From Eubacterium sp. (GTDB taxonomy: Bacteria; Bacillota; Clostridia; Lachnospirales; Lachnospiraceae): a stretch of DNA of 32,000 bases. Of the stretch, positions 24,362 to 32,000 are shown piece after piece. The notes beneath the pieces were generated by a model. It ran no database searches. It was given only the letters and a program-made list of their open reading frames with translations, and was not told the DNA's origin. The stretch's first letter is position 1, and the number at the start of each line of letters is the position of its first letter. Made by a program: the position numbers and the translations under genes. The stretch is from positions 13,396 through 45,395 of the forward strand of contig JAILRB010000040.1 in the NCBI GenBank assembly GCA_024698585.1. Direction: 5' to 3'.

Positions 24362-25300
24362 TTATGCTAAGTATTCTTTTACTGACTGATAAATTCCGTC
24401 TCCGTCCAAACCGAATTCCTTTAATAATTCCAAAGCCGGTCCGGAATGTCCGAATATATCATTGACACCAATCTTCTTAACAGGAGTAGGCATCTTTTCG
24501 GAAAGGACATCACATACGGCACTTCCCAATCCGCCAATCACAGAATGTTCTTCTACAGTCACAACCTTTCCGGTTTTCTTGGCAGAATTTAAGATAATTT
24601 CTTCATCCAATGGCTTGATTGTATGAATATTGATTACTTCTGCATCCACACCGTCAGCTGCTAACTTTTCTGCTGCTTCCAATGCCATAGATACCATCAG
24701 TCCGGTTGCCACGATGGTAACGTCCTTACCTTCTCTCATGGTAACCCCTTTTCCTAATTCGAACTTATAATCCTCGCTGTTAATTACCGGTGCTGCAAGA
24801 CGTCCAAATCTTAAATAAACAGGACCATCTAATTCATAAGCAGCTTTAACTGCCTGCTGTGCTTCTACATCATCTGCAGGATTAATGATCGTCATTCCCG
24901 GAATGGTTCTCATTAATGCAATGTCTTCGTTACACTGATGAGTTGCTCCATCTTCCCCAACGGAAATTCCCGCATGTGTTGCACCAATCTTTACATTCAG
25001 GTGTGGATATCCCACGGTGTTTCGAACCTGTTCAAAAGCACGACCTGCTGCAAACATTGCGAAGGAGCTTGCAAATGGAACCTTTCCACAAGTTGCAAGA
25101 CCTGCAGCCACACCAATCATATTGCTTTCTGCAATACCGCAGTCAATGTGTCTTTCCGGAAATGCTGCTTTAAACTTTGCTGTTTTTGTTGCTTCTGCCA
25201 AGTCAGCATCCAATACAACTAAATTATCATGTTCTTTTCCAAGTTCTACCAATGCAGAACCATAACTATCTCTCGTTGCAATCTTCTTTACTTCTGACAT
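24362..25300 (-). CDS. Transketolase, C-terminal (pyrimidine-binding) subunit
   Basis: ATRDSYG..IDCGIAESNMIGVAAGLA..GATHQCNEDIALMR.. matches the C-terminal half of transketolase in split form. The start codon overlaps the N-terminal subunit stop codon by 13 nt. Confidence 0.9.
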   Translation of the reverse strand: MSEVKKIATRDSYGSALVELGKEHDNLVVLDADLAEATKTAKFKAAFPERHIDCGIAESNMIGVAAGLATCGKVPFASSFAMFAAGRAFEQVRNTVGYPHLNVKIGATHAGISVGEDGATHQCNEDIALMRTIPGMTIINPADDVEAQQAVKAAYELDGPVYLRFGRLAAPVINSEDYKFELGKGVTMREGKDVTIVATGLMVSMALEAAEKLAADGVDAEVINIHTIKPLDEEIILNSAKKTGKVVTVEEHSVIGGLGSAVCDVLSEKMPTPVKKIGVNDIFGHSGPALELLKEFGLDGDGIYQSVKEYLA

Positions 25301-26124
25301 AATGCTTCACCTGCTTTCTTTAATTCTTCCATAGCAACTGCAAACAATTCATCGTTTGGTGCAGCACCATGCCAATTGACTTTGTTTTCCATGTAAGAAA
25401 CGCCTTTACCTTTTACAGTGTTCATAATGATTGCTGTAGGCATTCCCTTGGTTTCTCTTGCTTCTTTTAAAGCACTTCTGATTTCATCAAAGTTATGACC
25501 ATCAATTTTAATCACGTGGAAATTGAAGGCTTCAAACTTCTTATCAAATGGATATGGAGAACATACTTCTTCTATGCTTCCATCAATCTGAAGGTTATTA
25601 TTGTCTAAGATTACTACCAGGTTATCTAAGTTTCTTGCACCTGCAAACATGCATGCTTCCCAAACCTGACCTTCTTCACTTTCTCCATCACCAATCATAG
25701 TATACACACGGTAATCTGCCTGATCCATCTTTCCTGCCAATGCCATTCCGACTGCAGTAGAAATTCCCTGACCAAGAGATCCTGCACTCATGTCTACACC
25801 CGGTGTGTGTTTCATGTCCGGATGTCCCTGTAAGTATGAAGATGGTTTTCTTAATGTCACCATATCTTCCTTTGGAATGAATCCCTTTTCTACCAAAGTA
25901 GCATATAAGCCAGGTGCTGCATGTCCCTTTGACAATACAAAGCGATCTCTATCTGCCGCTTTTGGATTCTTTGGATCCACATTCATTTCTTCAAAATATA
26001 AGAAAGTCATCATATCAGCTGCTGAAAGCGATCCACCCGGATGTCCGGACTTTGCGCTATGCACTCCCTCGATGATATTCTTACGTACCTCATTAGCAAC
26101 TTTTGCCAATTCTAAATTTTCCAT
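25288..26124 (-). CDS. Transketolase, N-terminal (TPP-binding) subunit
   Basis: SGHPGGSLSAADMM, SKGHAAPGLYA and the TPP motif GDGESEEGQVWEA..NLDNLVVILDNN. The start is set at the ATG at 26122-26124 (MENLELAKV..), after an AAAGGAAG RBS. The ORF-track start at 26211 overlaps the upstream gene. Confidence 0.9.
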   Translation of the reverse strand: MENLELAKVANEVRKNIIEGVHSAKSGHPGGSLSAADMMTFLYFEEMNVDPKNPKAADRDRFVLSKGHAAPGLYATLVEKGFIPKEDMVTLRKPSSYLQGHPDMKHTPGVDMSAGSLGQGISTAVGMALAGKMDQADYRVYTMIGDGESEEGQVWEACMFAGARNLDNLVVILDNNNLQIDGSIEEVCSPYPFDKKFEAFNFHVIKIDGHNFDEIRSALKEARETKGMPTAIIMNTVKGKGVSYMENKVNWHGAAPNDELFAVAMEELKKAGEALCQK

Positions 26125-26191
26125 GGTTCTTCCTTTCGTTTTACGGGAAAGACACATTGCCTTTCCATTGATATAGTTCCAAAAATGGTAT

Positions 26192-29100
26192 TTATCTGAA
26201 GTTTTTCTCAATCAAAATGATTAATCCATCTTCATTTTTCTTTGCGCCGAAAAGCTTTTTACTTCTCTTTGCAATTGCTTTATCTAGAATTTCTTCCACA
26301 TGCTGCTGCTTGATTCCCTTGCGGGTACCGAAACAGTCATCAATTGCCTTGTAGAAAGCCAGGCTAGCAAGTTCATCCATCACATATCCCTTTTCTTCTG
26401 CATATCGCTTTCCGTATTCTACCCATTCTTTGATGTTGTATTCACGGATATGAATCGTGTGGTTGAACACTTCCTTAATACGTGGTGTTGTTTCCAGAAG
26501 TTTTTCCATGCCTTCCAGATCACCCTCCAGAACCATTAACATATCATCAGTAAACATTCCTGCGCAATCAATAATTTCACTAATTGTCATGGCTCCTAAC
26601 TCATGAGCATGTTCCACAACCAGGTCACATCCTATCAGTTTGCTTAAGGAATTTCTGAATCCTCTCTTATTCAATGCGACTGCATTGACCTTTGCTAATT
26701 TTCTGTTTCTTCTACCACGTTTTGTATTTACCAGCTTAATCATCTCAATAGCTAATGTGGTTTTTCCTGTCTTCTTGTTTCCAAGAATTATTACATTGCC
26801 TTCGGTTGACTTTCCATCTGGATTATATTCAGAAATCAATGCTTCCACTGTTTCGCGGATGGAATCTTCCAATCCTTCCACATTCAGATAGTGGCGGAAT
26901 ACATCCATTTCTTCTTTGGTCAGTTTAATTGTTGGTTCTTTCTGTGAAGCATCATCCGATTCTTCTTCAGCATCATATTCTGAGTCTTCTTCGTCATCGT
27001 ATTCTGAATCATACTCTGAGTCATATTCTGAGTCTTCTTCATCGTCATACTCTGAATCATACTCTGAGTCATATTCTGAGTCATATTCATCTGCATCAGA
27101 GTCATCCTCGTCCTCAGATTCTGCTTCCACGTCCTCTTCCGTCACTTCTTCTTCAGATTCTTCGTCTTCTTCAGCTACGTCTTCCGCTTCAGTAGCTTCT
27201 TCCTCTTCCTCTTCTTCGGCGATTTCTTCTCCGTCTACTGCTTCCTGTTCTTCCTCAGTTTCCTCTGCTTCTTCTTCAGATTCTTCTTCGGTTTCTTCAT
27301 CAGTTACTTTTTCTGAATCTGACGCTTCTTCCGTTTCCGGTTCTTCCACGGTTTCAGTTTCTGCCTCTTCGATTGCATCCTCGGATTCAGCTACTGCTTC
27401 GGTTTCTTTCTCTGCTTCAACGGAAGGTACTTCTTCTTCATTTTCCAGGAACATCTTAATTTCTGCTGTATTCGGTTCAGGAATATCGGTAGTATTCAGT
27501 TCCGGATTTTCATCCTCACTCTCTTGCGCGTCCATAAATTCTTCCACCTTTGGAAGTTCCAGTTCCTCTTCCGGTTCTTCCTCGCCCTTTTGTCTCCAGT
27601 TTGTTCCGGAAATCACTTCCACTGCTGCGGAAAGACTTGTGGTTGCTCTCAGCCCCTCATTGGTGTCTTTCTGTTCCTGCTTTTCCGCTTCGCGAATTGC
27701 ATTTTCGATTTCTTCTTTGCTCGGAATCTTATCCGTAATGTTTCCTAAATCAGAATTTGCAACAATATTTTCATATAATTCTTTTTTGCCAACATCCTGA
27801 GAGGTATCTCTTTTTGGCATTTCAAATCCCAGATCCAATACCGGGATATGATTTAAGGTTTCTGCCTTCACCGCTTTATTAACCGGTTCATACAGTTCCT
27901 CTTCCTGTTTTTCCATTGCCTCGGAAGGCGCAATGGTTTCATTCTGCAATTCTTCTCTCATCATCTTGAGATTTGGAATGGCAATCGTTGCTTTGGAAAC
28001 CGGCTCTTCTTCAGCCACTTCTGGTTCTTCTGAATCTTCCTCAGCCACTTCCGGTTCTTCTGAATCTTCTTCAACCACTTCCGGTTCATCCTCAAGTACC
28101 TCAGGCTCGTCCTCAGTTTCGTCCTCAGTATCGTCCTCGATTTCGTCCTCGATTTTGTCCTCGATTTTGTCCTCGATTTCGTCCTCGGTTTCGTCTTCAA
28201 TCTCTTCTTCGATTTCCTCAGGTTCTTCTTCCACTTCTCCTAAGTCCTGCTTGGACAACAGAATTTTCTGCGTTGATGTAATTCGTTCTTCAAACTCTTC
28301 ATCAATCTCATCATCTAATTCTTCTTTGGACTCATTCATGATTACTTCATCAAGTCCCTGATCTATTTTTGCGAACTCTTCATCCAGTTCTTTATTTTCT
28401 TCATTTCCAGCTTCTTCTATGATGGTTACAGCCTGTTCCACAGTTTCAGCCTTCAGAATTCCTCTGGCTTGCAACTGCTTCAGAATATCCTGCACATCAT
28501 CCAGGCTTTCAATTACCGGTTCTTCTACTACCGGAGCGTCTTCCTGTTTCGCATCTGCTTCTTCAATTATCTCCTCCGGTTTTGTTTCTGCTTCAGAACT
28601 TTCATCAGTCGTCTCTTCTGCAACCTCTTCCGGAACTTCCGTTTCTTCTTTCGTTTCCATAGTTATCTCAACAACATCGCCCGCCTTAATAGCAACCTCA
28701 TTGATTTCCTCAGCATTTACCGGCTTAAATACCTGTTCGGATTCACTTGGCTTTTCCAGTTCCTTAAATGGAATTTTTCCTTCTGCCACCTTGGTAGAGC
28801 CTTTGCCTTCATGGAAATTTTCATCCTCAAGTTCCACTTCTTTCATGCCTTCTGCAATCACAGCCTGAATATCCATGGTGTCAAACTTGGAAAATTCTAT
28901 GTCCTGAGGAGTTTCGATGATTTCTTCCACCGGTTCCTCTTCATCCACATATTCTGCTTTTTCTCCGGACAGTTCTTCCTCTGTTGGATAGATTTCGATG
29001 ATGTCATCACTTGGAGCGAACACATCCATCTCTTCTTTAGCTGCTTCTTCCAAAGCTTTCTGCTTTCCTTCTTCATACTTCTGCTTCTGTGCTGCAGATA

Positions 29101-29671
29101 AAGGAACATATTTTTTCTTTAACTCCAATGCCTTTAAGACATATTTTCCTTCAGAGAACCACAGGCTGATTTCATCACACATATCGACACATTTTTCCTG
29201 ATCGCCAGCCATATGGTACAGTTTCGTCAGCTCATACGCCCACTTTTCTTCCATATCAATATTGACATATTCTTCCAGAATTTTAATCTGTTTCTCAATC
29301 GGTGCACCCTGTGCTTTTGCCATTTTATATTTTAAGATATATCTTCCTGTGTCACGAGGAGCCATTTCTACAAAGTCTTCATAAAAATCTTTTGCATCAT
29401 CATACTCTTTCGTTTTAATGGATATTAAACATAATCGATACGCCAGCTGTCTTCCGGCATTGGTGTTTTCATACGCTGTTAACAAAGCGTCCTTAGAACG
29501 CTCATAGTCATGATTCATTTCATATGCATCTGCTACCATGCTGAGCAGATTATTGTCTCTGATTTTTCTCAAATCAAGATCATCTGCAATCTCCATCGCT
29601 TTTTCATAGTCTTGCTGGTGCATTGCTGCTTTCAATGCTTCCACTCTTAAACTAAATTCATTTCTATCCAT
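26192..29671 (-). CDS. 1159-aa protein: N-terminal TPR-like repeats, ~650-aa polyacidic low-complexity region, C-terminal SpoVK/CbbX/EccA-like AAA+ module
   Basis: The N-terminal ~200 aa contain helical repeats (..DYEKAMEIADDL.., ..DYERSKDALLTAYEN.., ..EYDDAKDFYEDFVEMAP..). The middle is dominated by E/D with in-frame tandem repeats. The C-terminus carries a Walker A motif (ILGNKKTGKTTLA) and is collinear with SpoVK-type AAA domains. The Walker B position reads DLVVEHAHE rather than hhhhDE. GAGGAAG RBS before the ATG at 29669-29671. Confidence 0.85.
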   Translation of the reverse strand: MDRNEFSLRVEALKAAMHQQDYEKAMEIADDLDLRKIRDNNLLSMVADAYEMNHDYERSKDALLTAYENTNAGRQLAYRLCLISIKTKEYDDAKDFYEDFVEMAPRDTGRYILKYKMAKAQGAPIEKQIKILEEYVNIDMEEKWAYELTKLYHMAGDQEKCVDMCDEISLWFSEGKYVLKALELKKKYVPLSAAQKQKYEEGKQKALEEAAKEEMDVFAPSDDIIEIYPTEEELSGEKAEYVDEEEPVEEIIETPQDIEFSKFDTMDIQAVIAEGMKEVELEDENFHEGKGSTKVAEGKIPFKELEKPSESEQVFKPVNAEEINEVAIKAGDVVEITMETKEETEVPEEVAEETTDESSEAETKPEEIIEEADAKQEDAPVVEEPVIESLDDVQDILKQLQARGILKAETVEQAVTIIEEAGNEENKELDEEFAKIDQGLDEVIMNESKEELDDEIDEEFEERITSTQKILLSKQDLGEVEEEPEEIEEEIEDETEDEIEDKIEDKIEDEIEDDTEDETEDEPEVLEDEPEVVEEDSEEPEVAEEDSEEPEVAEEEPVSKATIAIPNLKMMREELQNETIAPSEAMEKQEEELYEPVNKAVKAETLNHIPVLDLGFEMPKRDTSQDVGKKELYENIVANSDLGNITDKIPSKEEIENAIREAEKQEQKDTNEGLRATTSLSAAVEVISGTNWRQKGEEEPEEELELPKVEEFMDAQESEDENPELNTTDIPEPNTAEIKMFLENEEEVPSVEAEKETEAVAESEDAIEEAETETVEEPETEEASDSEKVTDEETEEESEEEAEETEEEQEAVDGEEIAEEEEEEEATEAEDVAEEDEESEEEVTEEDVEAESEDEDDSDADEYDSEYDSEYDSEYDDEEDSEYDSEYDSEYDDEEDSEYDAEEESDDASQKEPTIKLTKEEMDVFRHYLNVEGLEDSIRETVEALISEYNPDGKSTEGNVIILGNKKTGKTTLAIEMIKLVNTKRGRRNRKLAKVNAVALNKRGFRNSLSKLIGCDLVVEHAHELGAMTISEIIDCAGMFTDDMLMVLEGDLEGMEKLLETTPRIKEVFNHTIHIREYNIKEWVEYGKRYAEEKGYVMDELASLAFYKAIDDCFGTRKGIKQQHVEEILDKAIAKRSKKLFGAKKNEDGLIILIEKNFR
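26975..27090 (-). repeat. In-frame 48-bp tandem repeat (~2.4 copies) built from 12-bp DSEY sub-units
   Basis: The motif atattctgagtc recurs at 26975, 27023 and 27071 (period 48). It encodes ..EYDSEYDSEYDSEYDDEEDSEYDSEYDSEYDDEEDSEYD.. Confidence 0.85.
28011..28202 (-). repeat. In-frame 30-bp tandem repeat (3 copies, 28011-28100) followed by eight 12-bp repeats (28107-28202)
   Basis: tcagccacttcYggttcttctgaatcttcY occurs twice, plus one degenerate copy, and encodes EEDSEEPEVA. The unit tYgtcctcRRtt occurs at 28107, 28119, 28131, 28143, 28155, 28167, 28179 and 28191 and encodes (E/D)(I/T)ED(E/K) units. Confidence 0.8.
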
Positions 29672-29723
29672 TTGACTTCCTCTTTTACTCTATTTTAAAC
29701 AACTCTTTTTGTATAATCCCTAT

Positions 29724-30320
29724 TTAAACAATTACTCTTCCCTGAAGAGCTCGCAGTAATGTAACATTGTCAATATTTTCCAAATCGCCTCCCACGGGAA
29801 CTCCGCTGGCGATTCGGGTCACCTTGATTCCAAGAGGTTTCACCACTTTACTGATATACATAGCGGTCGCTTCTCCTTCCACGCTGGAATTCGTTGCAAT
29901 GATGACTTCATCCACATCATCCTTCAACCGCTGAAACAGTTCCTTTAACTTAATATCATTTTGTCCGATGCCTGCCATTGGATTAATGGCTCCGTGGAGA
30001 ACATGATATACCCCCTGATATTCTCCCACTTTTTCATAAGCAGCCATATCTTTGGTGGTTTCCACCACCATAATGGTTTTATGGTCTCTCTGCTTACTGC
30101 TGCAAATCGGACAAACCTCCTGGTCTGTCAATGTACAACACTCTTTACAATATTTCACATTGCCCTTTGCTTCCACAATGGCATTCGCCAATGCCTTCAC
30201 CTGGTCTTCCGGCATATCCAGAATATGAAAGGCAAGCCTTGCAGCAGTTCTGGTTCCAATTCCCGGAAGTCCGGACAATTCCTCAATCAATTTTGTGATA
30301 TAACCACTATAGTAATCCAC
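29724..30320 (-). CDS. recR: Recombination protein RecR
   Basis: The HhH motif [14 protein letters not shown], the C4 zinc finger [16 protein letters not shown] and a Toprim domain ([21 protein letters not shown]). Confidence 0.95.
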   Translation of the reverse strand: MDYYSGYITKLIEELSGLPGIGTRTAARLAFHILDMPEDQVKALANAIVEAKGNVKYCKECCTLTDQEVCPICSSKQRDHKTIMVVETTKDMAAYEKVGEYQGVYHVLHGAINPMAGIGQNDIKLKELFQRLKDDVDEVIIATNSSVEGEATAMYISKVVKPLGIKVTRIASGVPVGGDLENIDNVTLLRALQGRVIV

Positions 30321-30360
30321 AGTGTTTCCCTCTCTCTACAATCGGTAATCCATAGGGGAT

Positions 30361-30705
30361 TTAGAACAATCCCATATTTCCTAAGCCACCGGTAATCTTT
30401 GACATTTTTTGTGTAGACATTTCATCCATTTTACGAATGGCTTCATTGACTGCTGCCATAATTAAATCTTCTAACATTTCAATGTCATCCGGATCAACAA
30501 CTTCTTCATCTAATTTAATCTTTGTGATTTCCTTGGTTCCTGAAATAGTAACTTCCACAGCACCACCACCGGAAGTTGCAGTGTATTCAGACTGTTCTAA
30601 CTCTGCCTGTGCCTCTTCCATCTGCTTCTGCATTTTCTGTGCCTGCTTCATTAAATTATTCATGTTTCCAGGCATTCCTCCCGGAAATCCTCCTCTTTTT
30701 GCCAT
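30361..30705 (-). CDS. ybaB: Nucleoid-associated protein YbaB/EbfC
   Basis: 114 aa. NMNNLMKQAQKMQKQMEEAQAELE..GGGAVEVTISGTKEI..I..D....DPDDIEMLEDLIMAAVNEA is the canonical YbaB pattern. It sits between dnaX and recR. Confidence 0.92.
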   Translation of the reverse strand: MAKRGGFPGGMPGNMNNLMKQAQKMQKQMEEAQAELEQSEYTATSGGGAVEVTISGTKEITKIKLDEEVVDPDDIEMLEDLIMAAVNEAIRKMDEMSTQKMSKITGGLGNMGLF

Positions 30706-32000
30706 TTAAAAATCCTCCTCTTCTATTTCCATATTGATATGGCTGATAACTTCCTGATAATAATCATTAAAGTTTTGGTTTGTCTCCAATAATTTCATTT
30801 CGACTTTGACCTGCTTTTGAATTTCCTCACCAATAATGGTGTTCAGCATTTCAATGACTTCCGGTTTATTGCAGGCTCCGTATCCGGTAGCTGCAAAACC
30901 TTCAAATACAATCAGCAGGGTGTCGTCCCCTTTCACACTGAATCGCGCACCATTCAAAAACTGTTTATACGGTTGGGAAATATGTCTCTGAACTGCTCCC
31001 CAGTTATCTACGACATACTGAATGTCTTCCGGAACAGCTTTATCCCAGACCTTCTTCGGCTTCGGCTGCTGCACCGGCTGGGGTGCATTGCCTGCAGTCT
31101 GAACCACAAAGTCTCCATTTTCAATTTTCTTTTCCAATAATGCAATTCTATTGTTTAGCGAACCGTTATCCCGTTCCATGGATGGCTGATTCAATTTAAT
31201 CAATGCGATTTCCACCAGCACACGCTTCTGGGATGAATACTTCATCTGACCGGATAACTCAGACAGAACACGAATATATCTCATGATGATATCCGTCTCG
31301 ACCATGGCCGCTTCATTCTTCAAGGCTTCCAATCGTTCCGCAGATGCATCAATGATATCCTCTACGGCTCCGTCGGATGTTCTTACCAGCATCAGGTTTC
31401 TCAGGTACCAGATAAAATCATTCACGAACTGTCCCAGTTCTCTACCCTGAATCACCATTTCATCTAAAATCTGAATGCTCTGTACGGTATCCCCTTCAAT
31501 CACCGCTCTGGTCAGCCGGCTGAACACTTCCTGATCTACCGCTCCTAAAACTTCCAGAACATTATCATAGGTCAGCTTCTGTCCCAAGTAAAAGGCAATA
31601 CACTGATCCAACAAACTTAAGGCATCACGCATGGAACCATCCGCTGCTTTTGCCACATAACGGATAGCTTTTTCCTCCACATCGATATTTTCCTTTTCCA
31701 TCAGTTCGGACAATCTTGCCGCAATGGTATCAATGGTAATTCTCTTGAAATCATACCGCTGACATCTGGACAAGATGGTAATCGGAATCTTATGAGGTTC
31801 CGTTGTTGCCAGAATGAACATGGCATAAGAAGGTGGTTCTTCCAAGGTTTTTAACAACGCATTAAACGCTCCGATGGAAAGCATATGAACTTCGTCGATG
31901 ATGTAAACCGTAAATTTTCCACTGGATGGAGAATACTGAATTTCATCACGAATCTGTCTAATGTTATCCACACCATTGTTTGACGCAGCATCAATTTCCA
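30706..32000 (-). CDS. dnaX: DNA polymerase III subunit gamma/tau (N-terminal end off the window)
   Basis: The frame stays open to the window edge (..EIDAASNNGVDNIRQIRDEIQYSP..KFTVYIIDEVHMLS..FNALLKTLEEPP..FILATTEPHKIPITILSRCQ). The Walker B, sensor and SRC motifs are present. The Walker A motif lies upstream of position 32000. Confidence 0.92.
   Translation of the reverse strand, partial: EIDAASNNGVDNIRQIRDEIQYSPSSGKFTVYIIDEVHMLSIGAFNALLKTLEEPPSYAMFILATTEPHKIPITILSRCQRYDFKRITIDTIAARLSELMEKENIDVEEKAIRYVAKAADGSMRDALSLLDQCIAFYLGQKLTYDNVLEVLGAVDQEVFSRLTRAVIEGDTVQSIQILDEMVIQGRELGQFVNDFIWYLRNLMLVRTSDGAVEDIIDASAERLEALKNEAAMVETDIIMRYIRVLSELSGQMKYSSQKRVLVEIALIKLNQPSMERDNGSLNNRIALLEKKIENGDFVVQTAGNAPQPVQQPKPKKVWDKAVPEDIQYVVDNWGAVQRHISQPYKQFLNGARFSVKGDDTLLIVFEGFAATGYGACNKPEVIEMLNTIIGEEIQKQVKVEMKLLETNQNFNDYYQEVISHINMEIEEEDF

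Noticed and set aside
26975-28202. Regularly spaced short repeats that might be taken for a CRISPR array.
   Set aside because: The periods are 12, 30 and 48 bp with no unique spacers. The repeats are contiguous, in frame and lie inside a continuous ORF. There are no cas genes in the window.
26916-28868. Long plus-strand ORFs (for example 26916..27800, 294 aa and Ser-rich; 27933..28361; 28419..28868; 28469..29101) opposite the large minus-strand gene.
   Set aside because: They are antisense shadows of GAA/GAT/GAG-rich acidic coding sequence, which reads as TTC/ATC/CTC and gives Ser/Phe/Leu-rich open frames. They lack RBSs and are low-complexity. The minus-strand frame has recognisable TPR and AAA+ domains at both ends.
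1-32000. A mobile genetic element, prophage or defence island across the window.
   Set aside because: I recognised no integrase, transposase, recombinase, phage structural, restriction-modification, toxin-antitoxin or cas genes. Apart from the tkt 3'-end duplication there are no long terminal repeats. The gene content is mainly housekeeping, with strong co-orientation (26 of 28 genes on one strand).

Overview
This 32-kb chromosomal window looks like a low-GC Firmicute, probably Clostridia or Lachnospiraceae by gene content and protein style (inference only). I call 28 protein-coding genes, 26 on the minus strand, packed into short operons with several ATGA-type overlaps. I see no rRNA, tRNA, CRISPR array, transposase, integrase or prophage genes.

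Genes in minus-strand reading order (high to low coordinates):
- dnaX (5' end off window), ybaB, recR
- a 1159-aa TPR / polyacidic / AAA+ protein
- split transketolase (N- and C-terminal subunits)
- a small lipoprotein gene sitting in a 576-bp insertion
- an aldo/keto reductase with a C-terminal Fe-S domain
- two paralogous small membrane proteins
- larB and larC
- (plus strand) a sigma-70-like protein lacking region 4
- a membrane-anchored 376-aa protein, flavin reductase, dinB, aroK
- murA and a serine hydrolase (beta-lactamase fold)
- (plus strand) an XRE regulator
- flotillin and beta-glucuronidase
- a T-box leader followed by a LeuA-AraC fusion
- a SAM-I riboswitch followed by metK
- an OmpR-type response regulator, a histidine kinase and an accessory protein
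- a sugar-binding lipoprotein (3' end off window)

Two cis-regulatory RNAs are readable directly from the sequence: the SAM-I riboswitch and a T-box. Several rho-independent terminators are also clear.

There is no canonical defence or mobile system. The candidates for undescribed biology are:
- an EccA/SpoVK-like TPR-AAA+ protein split by a roughly 650-aa polyacidic, repeat-bearing spacer, placed directly behind dnaX-ybaB-recR
- a 2-isopropylmalate synthase fused to a complete AraC DNA-binding domain and preceded by a T-box
- a truncated pseudo-sigma factor
- a paralogous pair of small membrane proteins wedged between an Fe-S aldo/keto reductase and orphan larBC
- a small lipoprotein cassette flanked by duplicated transketolase 3' ends

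All functional calls come from reading the translations and motifs by eye. No database search was run.
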